Shown piece by piece: positions 1 through 12,000 of a DNA stretch of 64,000 bases. Both the position numbers and the translations under genes were made by a program. A model generated the notes under the pieces. It saw nothing but the letters and a program-made list of their open reading frames with translations. It was not told the DNA's origin and searched no databases. Origin of the DNA: Acidobacteriota bacterium. GTDB lineage: Bacteria > Acidobacteriota > UBA6911. Every line of letters begins with the position of its first letter. Positions within the stretch are counted from its first letter, which is position 1. Where the stretch lies: the NCBI GenBank assembly GCA_031271905.1, contig JAISUT010000020.1, forward strand, positions 2,432-66,431, read 5' to 3'.

Positions 1-1
1 G

Positions 2-1994
<1,993 letters not shown>

Positions 1995-2257
1995 TTTTGA
2001 AAACGCTTTTTACCGTCAAACCATAAAAAATCATAATTTGATGTCGAGCCCCCCTCCCCCGGCGCCGTCCCCGCCGCGCGCCCCCGTTTCATCAAATTTC
2101 TTATATAAAGCAGCACGATTGGCGGTATCCCTGTAATCCAGCCCGCACCCCCAATCCCCAACCCGAACACAACCCGAACCCGACCCGAATCAGATTTCTA
2201 TTTTTCCCGACCGCTTTTCGCAGTAGAATGCCGCTTTCAACTCTGTATGGGCGTCGT

Positions 2258-3001
2258 ATGCTGGAAAAATTGAAGAGTCAGGTTTTTTCCTCAAACCGGG
2301 ACTTGGTGAAACATGGCTTGGTGATCCTCACTTGGGGGAATGTCAGCGCGATTGACCGCGAACACGGCCTCGTGGTCATCAAACCCTCGGGCGTCCCCTA
2401 CAAGACGATGGCCGTCGATGACATGGTCGTGGTCGATCTGGATGGAAAAGTCGTCGAAGGGGGGCTGATGCCGTCGTCCGACACCCCCACCCATCTGGAG
2501 CTATACAAGGCGTTCCCCGAGGTCGGCGGCATCGTCCACACGCATTCGACTTACGCGACGGCATGGGCGCAGGCAGGGCGGGACCTCCCGGTCACCGGCA
2601 CCACCCACGCCGACTACTTCTCCGGCGCGATTCCCTGCACCCGCGACATGACTTCGGACGAAGTCATCGACAAGTACGAGAAACACACGGGCAGCGTCAT
2701 CGTGGAGCGCTTCGAAGGCTTGGACCCAATGCACGTCCCCGGCGTCCTGGTGAGAAGCCACGGGCCGTTCGCTTGGGGGCAAGACGCTCGCGACGCCGTC
2801 CAGAACGCCGTCGTGCTGGAACAGGTGGCGCAGACGGCCTACGTCGCCCTGCAAATCAACCCTGCGTTGAAGATGAGCGATAAACTCGTCCGCAAGCACT
2901 ATTTCCGGAAACATGGCGCGGACGCCTACTACGGGCAGTCGAAAAACGAATCGACCACATCCCGGAAAAAAGACAACGATTCCCTAACCGGACGGTGTTG
3001 A
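2258..3001 (+). CDS. araD: L-ribulose-5-phosphate 4-epimerase
   Basis: MLEKLKSQV...[12 protein letters not shown]...IKPSGV...[12 protein letters not shown]...GGIVHTHS...GTTHADYF...HGPFAWG...[15 protein letters not shown] is collinear with enterobacterial AraD. It carries a roughly 20-aa C-terminal tail. The start is chosen at the conserved MLE. Confidence 0.95.
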   Translation: MLEKLKSQVFSSNRDLVKHGLVILTWGNVSAIDREHGLVVIKPSGVPYKTMAVDDMVVVDLDGKVVEGGLMPSSDTPTHLELYKAFPEVGGIVHTHSTYATAWAQAGRDLPVTGTTHADYFSGAIPCTRDMTSDEVIDKYEKHTGSVIVERFEGLDPMHVPGVLVRSHGPFAWGQDARDAVQNAVVLEQVAQTAYVALQINPALKMSDKLVRKHYFRKHGADAYYGQSKNESTTSRKKDNDSLTGRC

Positions 3002-3003
3002 CT

Positions 3004-4503
3004 ATGTTCGACGACTTGGAAATCCGCTTCGTCACCGGCGCGCAACTGCTGTACGGCGGCGACGCCGTGCGAACGGTCGAATCCCACTCCACAGAAATCG
3101 TCGCGGGGCTGAATGCGTCCGGCAGGCTTCCCTTCCGCGTAGTCCACGCCGGCACGGTCAACTCCGCCGGCGAAATCGCCCAAGCGTTCGCCCTTGCCGA
3201 CGGCGACCCGCAATGCGTCGGCGTGATCGCCTGGATGCACACGTTCTCGCCCGCCAAGATGTGGATCCACGGCCTGCGCGACTTCAAAAAGCCGCTCCTG
3301 CACCTGCATACGCAATACAACGCGAAAATCCCGTGGCGCGAGATCGACATGGATTTCATGAACCTGAACCAGTCGGCGCACGGCGACCGCGAATTCGGCT
3401 ATATCGCCAGCCGCCTGCGCAAAGCCCGCAAGGTCGTGGTCGGCCATTGGCGGGATGCCGCCACGCAGGACAGGCTGGCCGCCTGGATGCGGGTCTGCGC
3501 CGCCTGGGCCGACGCGCAGGAGATGAAGGTCGTCCGCTTCGGCGACAACATGAACAACGTGGCGGTGACCGACGGCGACAAGGTGGAGGCCGAGCTCCGC
3601 CTCGGCTATCATGTAGACAACGCGCCGATTGCGACGCTCGTCCCTTGGGTGGAAGCCGTCTCCGACACCGAAATCGACGCGCTGGTCGCCGCCTACGAAC
3701 AGCTCTACGACTTCGCCGGCGACTGCCGACGCGGCGAGGAAAAACACCGGTTCGTGCGCGACGCCGCCGCGCAGGAGATCGGTTTGCGCCGCTTCCTCCA
3801 AGACAAAGGCGCCAAGGCGTTCACCACCAGCTTCGACGAACTCGCCGGGATGAAGCAGTTGATGGGGTTCGCCTCCCAGCGGCTCATGGCCGAAGGCTAC
3901 GGCTTCGGCGCGGAGGGCGACTGGAAAACTGCCGCCTTGGTGCGCTCCATGTGGGTGATGGGACAAGGGTTGGCGGGAGGACAGTCGTTCCTCGAAGACT
4001 ACACGCTGGACTTCGCGGGCGAGGACTCCGCCATCCTCCAGGCGCACATGCTCGAAATCAATCCCGAGATCGCCGCCGGCCGCCCGCGCGTCGAGGTGCA
4101 TTTCCTCGGCATCGGCGACGCCCGCACTTGCGCCAGGCTCGTCTTTCAGGGACACCCGGGCGCAGGCGTCGCCGCGACCATCGTCGATATGGGCAACCGC
4201 TTCCGGATGGTCGCGGGCGAAGTCGAAGTCGTGGAACCGCAGCCTTTGCCTAAACTGCCGGTCGCCTGCGCCCTGTGGAAGCCTCGCCCGAACCTCGAAG
4301 TCGGCGCGGGCGCGTGGATTCTGGCCGGAGGAACCCACCATTCGAGTTTCTCCTACGCGCTGGCCGTGGAGCATCTGGAGGACTACGCCGAAATCGCCGA
4401 CATGGAGCTTCTGGTCATCGACGGCAAGACCACCATCCGCGACTTCAAGGCGCAACTGAGGGCGAATGAAGTCTATCACCTGCTGCACCGGGCGTTAAAG
4501 TAA
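3004..4503 (+). CDS. araA: L-arabinose isomerase
   Basis: MFDDLEIRFVTGAQLLYG...WMHTFSPAKMWI...IDMDFMNLNQSAHGDREFG...RFGDNMNNVAVTDGDKV...GYGFGAEGDWKTAAL...LPKLPVA.ALWKP is collinear with AraA end to end. The ATG lies 2 nt after the araD stop. Confidence 0.95.
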   Translation: MFDDLEIRFVTGAQLLYGGDAVRTVESHSTEIVAGLNASGRLPFRVVHAGTVNSAGEIAQAFALADGDPQCVGVIAWMHTFSPAKMWIHGLRDFKKPLLHLHTQYNAKIPWREIDMDFMNLNQSAHGDREFGYIASRLRKARKVVVGHWRDAATQDRLAAWMRVCAAWADAQEMKVVRFGDNMNNVAVTDGDKVEAELRLGYHVDNAPIATLVPWVEAVSDTEIDALVAAYEQLYDFAGDCRRGEEKHRFVRDAAAQEIGLRRFLQDKGAKAFTTSFDELAGMKQLMGFASQRLMAEGYGFGAEGDWKTAALVRSMWVMGQGLAGGQSFLEDYTLDFAGEDSAILQAHMLEINPEIAAGRPRVEVHFLGIGDARTCARLVFQGHPGAGVAATIVDMGNRFRMVAGEVEVVEPQPLPKLPVACALWKPRPNLEVGAGAWILAGGTHHSSFSYALAVEHLEDYAEIADMELLVIDGKTTIRDFKAQLRANEVYHLLHRALK

Positions 4504-4606
4504 GGCGGGGAGCGGGCCGAAGGTTCCCTGAAACACCTTGGCGCGCCGGAAACGCCGCCACCCGCAGTTTTTCGATTTGCAGTTTTCGATTTGGTGTTCG
4601 GAGCTT

Positions 4607-6274
4607 ATGGGCAAATACGTCATCGGCATCGACTACGGCACCGATTCCTGCCGGGCGCTGGTCGTCGATGCGGCAAACGGAAAAGAAGTCGCCACCGCCG
4701 TGAAATATTATCCGCGCTGGGCGGCGGGAAAATATTGCGACCCGCAGAAAAACCAATACCGCCAGCATCCGCTCGACTATATCGAGACATTGGAAGCGTC
4801 GGTTCGCGAAGCCTTGGACGATTCGCCCGCCGGAACGGCGCAAAACGTCGTCGGCATGTCTTTCGACACCACCGGTTCCACGCCCGCGTTGATCGACGAG
4901 GAAGGGAACGTCTTAGCATTGAGGCCGGAATTTTCCGAAAACCCGAACGCGATGTTCGTGCTTTGGAAAGACCACACCGCCGTCGCCGAAGCCGCCCGGA
5001 TCAACGAGGTGGCGCGACAGTTCAGCCCGGACTACACCTCCTACGTCGGCGGCATCTATTCGTCCGAATGGGTCTGGGCGAAAACGGCCCATGTGCTGCG
5101 GCAAGACAAGGACGTCGCCCGGAACGCCTACAGTTGGGTGGAGCATTGCGACTGGATGCCGGCGCTGGTGGCCGGAAGGACTTCTCCGGGAAAGATCGTC
5201 CGGAGCCGTTGCGCGGCAGGCCATAAGGCGATGTGGCACGAAAGCTGGGGCGGTCTGCCGCCCGACGCCTTCTTCTCCGCCATCGCCCCGGAACTACAGG
5301 GTTTCCGGGAACATCTGTTCCGTCGCACCTTTACCGGCGACACCAAGGTCGGCGACCTGGCCCCGGAATGGGCGCGCCGACTCGGGCTCCCCCCTTCCGT
5401 CGCCGTCGGCGTGGGCGCGTTCGATTGCCATTGCGGCGCGGTCGGAGCGGAAATCAAGCCGAAAACTTTTGTGAGGATCATCGGCACTTCGACATGCGAT
5501 ATCATGGTGGTGCCGTATGAGATCATGGCGGACAGGCTGATTCCCGGCATCTGCGGACAGGTGGACGGCTCGGCGATTCCGGGAATGGTCGGGCTGGAAG
5601 CCGGGCAGTCGGGATTCGGCGACATCTACGCCTGGTTCAAGAAGGTGCTGGCATATCCGGTGGAGCGCATCGTAGGCGAACTGCCGTTCATCAACGACGA
5701 TCTGAAACACAAAATCTTATCCGAGACTTTGGAGAACCTCATCCCCCGCCTCTCTGCCGACGCGGCGAAAATCCCGACGACGGCCAGCGGCGCGCTGGCG
5801 GTGGACTGGATGAACGGGCGGCGCACTCCCGACGCCAACCAGAGGGTGAAGGGGACGATAACCGGGCTGAACCTCGGGAGCGACGCCCCGCTGGTGTTCA
5901 AAGCCTTGGTGGAAGCCACCGCCTTCGGCTCCAAGGCGATTGTGGACAGGTTCTTGGACAGCGGCATCGCCATCGAGGAAGTCATCGGCATCGGCGGCGT
6001 GGCGCAGAAGTCCCCCTTTGTCATGCAGACGATGGCCGACGTGCTGGGAATGCCGATAAAAATCGCCGCCGTGGAACAGGCGTGCGCCTTCGGGGCCGCC
6101 ATGTTCGCCGCCGTCGTCGCCGGGGTCTACGGCAAAGTCGAGGACGCGCAGCAGGCGATGGGGCAAGGTTTCGCCAAAGAGTATTTTCCCGACATGGGAA
6201 AACACAAAGTCTATTTGGAACTGTTTGAAAAGTACCGAGATTTGGGGAGGTTTACCGAAAACCATCTTTTCTAG
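4607..6274 (+). CDS. araB: Ribulokinase (FGGY carbohydrate kinase)
   Basis: MGKYVIGIDYGTDSCRALVVD...FDTTGSTP...GGIYSSEW...GTSTCDIMV...VDWMNGRRTP...GGVAQKSPFVMQ. It has FGGY N- and C-terminal domains and sits in an araDAB context. The ORF-track N-terminal extension was discarded. Confidence 0.9.
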   Translation: MGKYVIGIDYGTDSCRALVVDAANGKEVATAVKYYPRWAAGKYCDPQKNQYRQHPLDYIETLEASVREALDDSPAGTAQNVVGMSFDTTGSTPALIDEEGNVLALRPEFSENPNAMFVLWKDHTAVAEAARINEVARQFSPDYTSYVGGIYSSEWVWAKTAHVLRQDKDVARNAYSWVEHCDWMPALVAGRTSPGKIVRSRCAAGHKAMWHESWGGLPPDAFFSAIAPELQGFREHLFRRTFTGDTKVGDLAPEWARRLGLPPSVAVGVGAFDCHCGAVGAEIKPKTFVRIIGTSTCDIMVVPYEIMADRLIPGICGQVDGSAIPGMVGLEAGQSGFGDIYAWFKKVLAYPVERIVGELPFINDDLKHKILSETLENLIPRLSADAAKIPTTASGALAVDWMNGRRTPDANQRVKGTITGLNLGSDAPLVFKALVEATAFGSKAIVDRFLDSGIAIEEVIGIGGVAQKSPFVMQTMADVLGMPIKIAAVEQACAFGAAMFAAVVAGVYGKVEDAQQAMGQGFAKEYFPDMGKHKVYLELFEKYRDLGRFTENHLF

Positions 6275-6294
6275 GGGCTGAAGGGAACCTAAAT

Positions 6295-6336
6295 GGCAAA
6301 CCGCCGTTTAGCGGCTTGCCGCCGTTTTCCGTTTTC
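6295..6336 (+). terminator. Putative intrinsic terminator after araB
   Basis: GGCAAACCGC-cgttta-GCGGCTTGCC hairpin with one mismatch, followed by the T-rich GCCGTTTTCCGTTTTC. Confidence 0.4.
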
Positions 6337-6353
6337 AGTTTAGGGGATTGACT

Positions 6354-7526
6354 ATGAAAAACACCGAACCCGCCGTCTGCATGTCGGTTCTGATGCTTGT
6401 GCTTTTAGCCGCATGCGGGCAGGCGCCGCAAAATTCGTCTTTGGAACCCGCGACACCCGCCGCGTCGGCGGCAAAATCCGACTTGGATTTCGCCAAGTTC
6501 GACAAATTGGTGGACGGCAAGCAAAACCGTCTTCACATGATAAAAAACGCCAACGGCATGGAAGTCTATGTGACGAATTTCGGGGCGCGCATCGTCGCCA
6601 TCCTCGTTCCTGACAACAAGGGGGTTTTCCAAGATGTCGTCCTCGGCTTCGACAACATCGACGACTACCTGAAAAACCGGAGCGACTTCGGCGCCACCAT
6701 CGGGCGCTACGGCAACCGCATCGCTAAGGGGAAATTCCAGTTGGACGGCGCACAGTACCAGTTGCCCCTGAACAACGGCCCCAACTCCCTGCACGGCGGC
6801 TTCACCGGCTTCCAGTTCCAGATGTTCGACATCCGGCAGGTTGACGGCCAGACGTTGGAATGCTCCCTCCGCTCGCCCGACAACGACAACGGCTATCCGG
6901 GGAACCTGGACGTCAAGCTGACCTATAAGGTTTTGGAAAACAATGCGTTGGAGCTGTCTTACGAAGCCGTGACCGACAAGCCGACCGTCCTGAACCTCAC
7001 CAACCACTCCTACTTCAACCTCTCCGGCGATCCTGGGACGACGACGATGGAGCATACGCTCTACCTCGCGGCGGACGAATTCACGCCGACCGACGCGGGG
7101 CTGATTCCGACCGGGGAAATCGCCGCCGTCAACGGGACGCCGATGGACTTCATCGCGCCGACGGTGGTCGGGGAGCGCATCGACAGCGACTACGGGCCGC
7201 TGAAAGCCGCCGGCGGCTACGACCACAACTGGATCTTCCGCAAGGGCGTCACGCCGGAGACGGTGGCGGGCACCTTGGCATGTCCGAGTTCGGGCATCGT
7301 CATGGACGTCTACACATCGGAACCCGCCGTGCAGTTCTACACGGCGAATTTCCTGGACGGAAGCCAGATCGGCAAGAAAGGGATAGCCTACCGGAAGCGG
7401 TCGGGACTGTGCCTGGAGACGCAACACTATCCCGACTCCCCGAACCATGCGAACTTCCCTTCCACCGTGCTGCGACCCGGCGAGAAGTTCCAAAGCAGGA
7501 CGGTCTACGCCTTCGGCGTGCGGTAG
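6354..7526 (+). CDS. galM: Aldose 1-epimerase (mutarotase) with a lipoprotein-type signal peptide
   Basis: MKNTEPAVCMSVLMLVLLAACGQ contains a lipobox (LAAC). It is followed by GATIGRYGNRI, NNGPNSLHGG, LTNHSYFNL and CLETQHYPDSPN, which are hallmarks of the aldose epimerase family. Confidence 0.85.
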   Translation: MKNTEPAVCMSVLMLVLLAACGQAPQNSSLEPATPAASAAKSDLDFAKFDKLVDGKQNRLHMIKNANGMEVYVTNFGARIVAILVPDNKGVFQDVVLGFDNIDDYLKNRSDFGATIGRYGNRIAKGKFQLDGAQYQLPLNNGPNSLHGGFTGFQFQMFDIRQVDGQTLECSLRSPDNDNGYPGNLDVKLTYKVLENNALELSYEAVTDKPTVLNLTNHSYFNLSGDPGTTTMEHTLYLAADEFTPTDAGLIPTGEIAAVNGTPMDFIAPTVVGERIDSDYGPLKAAGGYDHNWIFRKGVTPETVAGTLACPSSGIVMDVYTSEPAVQFYTANFLDGSQIGKKGIAYRKRSGLCLETQHYPDSPNHANFPSTVLRPGEKFQSRTVYAFGVR

Positions 7527-7588
7527 CCGCCCGCAACGCGGCGCCTTCGGGGGCTGGTCGCGTCCATCCAGTGTCCGGCAGGCGGCGG

Positions 7589-7720
7589 GAAGGCTCGTTG
7601 TTTCGCCTGCGCCCCGTGAAATCGCCGCCGGACGCGAAAAAGGCCGACGCGTTGCGGCAGTGGATTGAGCGTCACGGGGTGCCGGAGGTCTTCAACACCG
7701 ACCAGGGGAGCCAGTTGCGG
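7589..7720 (+). pseudogene. Remnant of an IS3-family transposase (integrase-core fragment)
   Basis: The frame reads ...SLFRLRPVKSPPDAKKADALRQWIERHGVPEVFNTDQGSQ. This matches the conserved ...GKPEIFNTDQGSQFTS segment of IS3-type OrfB. Only about 40 aa survive. There is no N-terminal part, no DDE completion and no inverted repeats. Confidence 0.55.
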
Positions 7721-7902
7721 TGATCGTGGAGGCCATATTCGCCATCCCCGGCATGGGGAGGCTCATGGCTTCCAGCATCTTCGCGAAAGACTGTGTCGTG
7801 ATCCAGTCGGGGGCGCTGGTCATAGGGCTCATGACCATCATGTGCAACATATTGGCGGACGTCGCCTACTGCCGGTGCGACCCCAGAATCAGGTGTTCAT
7901 AG
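7720..7902 (+). pseudogene. C-terminal fragment of a peptide/nickel ABC permease (DppB/OppB-like)
   Basis: IVEAIFAIPGMGRLMASSIFAKDCVVIQSGALVIGLMTIMCNILADVAYCRCDPRIR matches only the last roughly 60 aa of BPD-type permeases (consensus ...FSWPGLGRL...RDYPVVQG...NLLVDLLY...DPRIR). No upstream portion is present. It begins exactly where the transposase fragment ends. Confidence 0.6.
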
Positions 7903-8015
7903 CGGAATGGGCTTGGGTCGTAAGCCGACACTTCTTTCATGTAAATGCATGGGAAGCGGGGGATATTCGACACGCGCGAAAGCCAGATTCAAACTGTTGA
8001 TTTTATTGATTCCAA

Positions 8016-8092
<77 letters not shown>

Positions 8093-8334
8093 ACAAAAGA
8101 AACGTCAGATTTTATAGATGCCGCCACGATTCTGCAACCACAAAATTTCCGGCACTTCGGGTCGGCGCTTCGGGCCCAGCATGGACGATCCTCCATGGAT
8201 GTGCGCGGATGGGCATGCGCTGACCTCGGCGAGTTCCCGCAAGCGGCACCCGTGCGATGCGTGAAAAGCTGCGGCGAGGGGAGAGCCCGCCACGCTTGCC
8301 TAGCCGTCCCCTGGGATGTTAAAGTGTCCGGGAA

Positions 8335-9021
8335 ATGAAGGAGCGACGCAACTACTACAGGATCCTGCAGGTGCAACCCGACGCGCAGCCGGAGATCATC
8401 CAGGGCAGCTACCGCGCGCTGATGAAGGAGCTCCAGCGCCACCCGGACCTTGGCGGCTCGACAGAAGGGGCCGTCCTCCTGAACGAGGCGTACGCGACGC
8501 TGATGGATCCGGAAAAACGGGCCGCCTACGACGACAGGATGTTTCAAAAATCGATCGCCGGCGACACGCGGTTCATGCCCAAAGGCTCCACGCCCCCCCC
8601 CTGCCCCGTATGCGGCGCGAAAGTGTCCCGCCCGCCCAAGTCCGGGGAGTTTTGCATGTACTGCCATACGCCGTTACGGTCAGACCACGACATCGAGGTC
8701 GTTGACGATGGGCGTCGCACCGTCTCCCGCATGAAAAGCTCCGCCCCGCTCGAATATCACCCGGCATGGCCGGGAACGCCCCGGCAAGGCCGGATGCTGG
8801 ACTTCTCCCCAAAGGGTCTGCGCTTCCTTTGTCACGAGGAATTGACGGCGGGCACGGTGTTGAAGATAAGCAGCCCGCTCCTGGAGGCGTCCGGCGCAGT
8901 GACCAACCTGAGCGAAGTCGCGGAAACGACGGAGGGGCGAAAGTCCTATGCGGTCGGCGTCCGCTTCCTTGCCGTGCATTTCGCCGACACGCGCGGCACG
9001 TTTTTCTCCACCTCTGCGTAA
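8335..9021 (+). CDS. J-domain protein fused to a zinc ribbon and a C-terminal PilZ (c-di-GMP-binding) domain
   Basis: NYYRILQV...YRALMKELQRHPDLGG...AYATLMDPEKRAAYD is a J domain with the HPD motif (aa 36-38). CPVCG...CMYCH is a 4-Cys ribbon. RTVSR (RxxxR, nt 8716-8730) and DFSPKG (DxSxxG, nt 8800-8817) are the two PilZ signature motifs. Confidence 0.8.
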   Translation: MKERRNYYRILQVQPDAQPEIIQGSYRALMKELQRHPDLGGSTEGAVLLNEAYATLMDPEKRAAYDDRMFQKSIAGDTRFMPKGSTPPPCPVCGAKVSRPPKSGEFCMYCHTPLRSDHDIEVVDDGRRTVSRMKSSAPLEYHPAWPGTPRQGRMLDFSPKGLRFLCHEELTAGTVLKISSPLLEASGAVTNLSEVAETTEGRKSYAVGVRFLAVHFADTRGTFFSTSA

Positions 9022-9099
9022 AACCCCGCTTGGAGCCGCCCCTCGGATTTTCCGCCCCCCCCCGCCTGCGCCCCGCATTCCCGGCACCGTATGCCGCCA

Positions 9100-12000
9100 C
9101 TATTTGAAAAAACTCTCCGGCGGGCCGAAATAGCTCGGCTTCAGGCCGCCGGTGTCCACCACGATCTTCTGCACCACGACGCCGGGGTCCACCATGCGGA
9201 TTTTCAGCGTGTGCCAGCCCGCCTCCCCCACCTCGTGCGAAGAGGCGACGGTGCGGGAGACGTTGCGCACCGAGTCCTCCCACTCGCGGTTGCCGTTGCG
9301 CGCGTCGAACTCCCGCGACAGGATTTCGACCGTCTGCGGGGCGTCCTCGTCAAAAGACACCGCGTAGCGCACCCCGCGGCCGGGCGCGAAGTTCAGCGAC
9401 GGCGAGAACGTCGTCCGCACTTCGACCCTCCCCGGCTTGGAAAGGTACATCCGGTATTCCAGCACGGGCGCGTCCTGCGCGTCGTCCACGCTCGGGGCGG
9501 CAATCGGCAACGGCCTCATCGCCGAAAGCGTCCTGCCGTAGTTCTCGATTTTCTCCCAACGCGCCGACTTCCCCGGCACGTTGCGGGTGAAATGCTCCGG
9601 CTCGATGGAGACGTAGCCGGAGGCGTCCTCCACGAAACCCTTCGCCTTGTCGCGGTCGAGGTCGGCGAGGTTGTTGGCGGCGACTTCGATTTTCACCGGC
9701 TCGCCCGCCGCCGGGAGGATGACGATTTTCCCGCGGCTCTCCCCCTTGGGCGCCTTTTTCCAGTCGATGAAGAACCAGAGGCGCCTTTCCTTGCCGAGGT
9801 CGATGCGGGCGGGCGCTTGGCTGCTCTTAGCCGATTTCGGCTCCAACGGCTGGGCGTCCAGCGACCAGGCGATCCACGGCGCCGACGCCTCGAATGTGAA
9901 ACCGACGCTTTCCCGTCCGCGGTTGAAAACGTCGATGTAGCGGGACTGGTCGTTCGCCGAGTCGAACGCGGGCAGCTTCGCCGCGCCCGCCGCGCCCGGC
10001 AACCAGACCTCTTCCGAGCCCTCGACGGCGACGCCCAGCGCCCCCGCCTCCGGCAGGTCGAGCCGCGTCACCTTGGGCATGACGTTCTGCTGCGGATCGA
10101 ACCAGGCCGTGTAGCCGATATGCACCTGGTCCATGAAGTGGCTCCATTTGCCTCCGGCGAACTCCTTGTTGTAATAGTCCATGAGCGCGGCGTCGGCGGC
10201 GAACAGCTCCTCCACGCGCGCCGCCATGTCGTTCGCGGACGCCCGCCCCTGCTTGGCGTAAAGGGCGTTCTTGCCCGCCGCGACGTACAGCTCCGTCACC
10301 TGCGCCACCGCCTTGGCGGGAAACAGCACCAGGTCGTAGTAGGCGTCCTTCGCCTCCGGGAACTCTTTGGCGATCCTGCCGCCCAGCGCCTCCGCGTCCT
10401 TGACCAGCCGGTTGAAGTCCTCGACCGCCCGGTCGGCCTCCCGGTAGCTGGTCACCGAGTAGACCGACGGGGAGAGCAGCTCGGCCTTGCGCCGGGAGCT
10501 GTAGCGGCCGTAGCGCTCCATGACGTCGGCGACCTCCCGCGCGTACCGCGCGCCGAACTCCCGCTCCGCCCAGAGGCGCGTGTAGTCGGGCAGGTTGCGC
10601 CCCGTCCACCGCGTCGCGTCCCAGCCGAGTTGCAGGAAGAACTCCATCGGGAAGAGCACATGCTTGTAGTGGCCGACGTTGACGACCCATATCCTGTCCG
10701 CGCCATACTCCTTGGCGTGCGTCATCTGCTCCCAGACGGCGGGGATGGAGACCGAGTTTATCCACTTGTAGTTGCGCGGCCCGCCCACGTAGTCGAAATG
10801 GTAGTAGATGCCCGCGCCGCCGGGGCGCTTGCGCTCCTCCTCCGTCGGCAGCCGCCGGATGTTGCCCCAGTTGTCGTCCGACCAGAGCAGCGTCACGTCC
10901 TCCGGCACGCGCAGGCCGGCGTTGTAGTATTCCTGCACCTCCTTGTAGATGCTCCAGAGCTGCGGGACCTGCGACGGGTCGGGGTTGACCTCCTCGGCGA
11001 TGATCTTGCGCTGCTCGGCGACTATCTTCTCCAGCAGCTCCATGCTCTGCGCGACCGTCCCGCCCGGTATCATCGGCGTGTCGTTCGCGCCGCGCAGGCC
11101 GATGGTCAGGATGCTCTCGAAGTCCTTGTTGCGCCGCAGCCCCTCGCGCCAGAACTTTTGCAGGACCTCCGGGTGCTTGTAGTAGTTCCAGCTCCCCAGC
11201 TCCTTCAGGTAGCGGCGGTCCCATTCCTTCTGCGCCCGCAGCATCGGCTCCTGGTGCGTGGTCCCCATCACGATGCCGTACTCGTCGGCCAGGCGCGCGT
11301 TCTCCGGGTCGTCCTCGTTGAAGGCGTTGTCCCACATCGCCGGCCACAGGTAGTTCCCCTTCATCCGCAGGATGGTCTCGAAGACCTTCTCGTAGAACAG
11401 GTGGTTGTAGTTGGCGACGTTCGGGGGGATGGGCGGGTCCTCCGAGGGGGCGATGTCGCCGAACTTCTCCCGCACCCACTCGCTCAGGTCGGGGGCCTCG
11501 TCGTTGAAGAAGATGCCGCGGTACTTCACCGAGGGCGAGCCCTGGGCGAACCGCCCCGCCTTCACATAGGCGGCCTTCCGGCGGCGCACCGGCACGTCCG
11601 CCCACCAGTAGAGCGGCGAGACGCCCATCTGCTCGCACAGGTCGTAGATGCCGAAGATGGTGGCGCGCTTGTCGCTGCCCGCTATGACCAGCGCCTTGTC
11701 CACGCCGGGGAGGGGTTTTTCAACTGTCTGGACGAAGAACGCCTCCCACTTGCCCTCTATGTCCTTGACGTCGATCTTGCCGGCGGCGGCCAGCCGCCGG
11801 ATGACCGGGCTGCGCCCCACGGTGCCGGCGACGATCACATTTCCTTTGAGCGCGCCGGCGTCGGACACCCACCGCGGCTCGACGCCTGACACCTTCTTGA
11901 CGTCCGTTTGCAGGTTGCGCGCCGCGCGCAGGACGCCCGGCCAGTCCGCGCCATCGACGTGGATGTCCGCGACCTTGCCCTTGTCGAACAGGGGGAAGCC

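Noticed and set aside
2150-2190. Short degenerate tandem repeats in spacers: ACCCGA-type at 2150-2190, GGTTCTCG x2.5 at 19225-19249, CCGACGATCCGA-type at 25480-25515 and CCGATTGCGGG x2 at 33681-33702.
   Set aside because: They are very short, imperfect and of differing unit sequence, which is consistent with local slippage in GC-rich spacers. There is no evidence that they form a family or have a function.
6281-6294. GGGAACCTAAATGG after araB resembles the repeat-family terminus GGGAACCTCTAAAAA. It could be a solo TIR or a ninth copy.
   Set aside because: The match is only about 11 nt with no internal element sequence or partner inverted repeat. It overlaps the araB terminator region and is most likely chance.
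9091-11889. Very long ORFs antisense to real genes. These include 9091-11889 (+), 41471-44734 (+), 57289-59610 (-), 59866-62442 (-), 2929-4488 (-), 24057-25691 (-), 25853-27775 (-), 28172-29458 (+) and 28422-29540 (-).
   Set aside because: Their translations are low-complexity and rich in Arg/Gly/Ala/Pro/His/Asp, with no motifs. They are typical shadow ORFs caused by stop-codon depletion in high-GC DNA. In every case the opposite strand encodes a protein with unambiguous conserved motifs (GH115, the Mo subunit, GyrB, GyrA, AraA and others).
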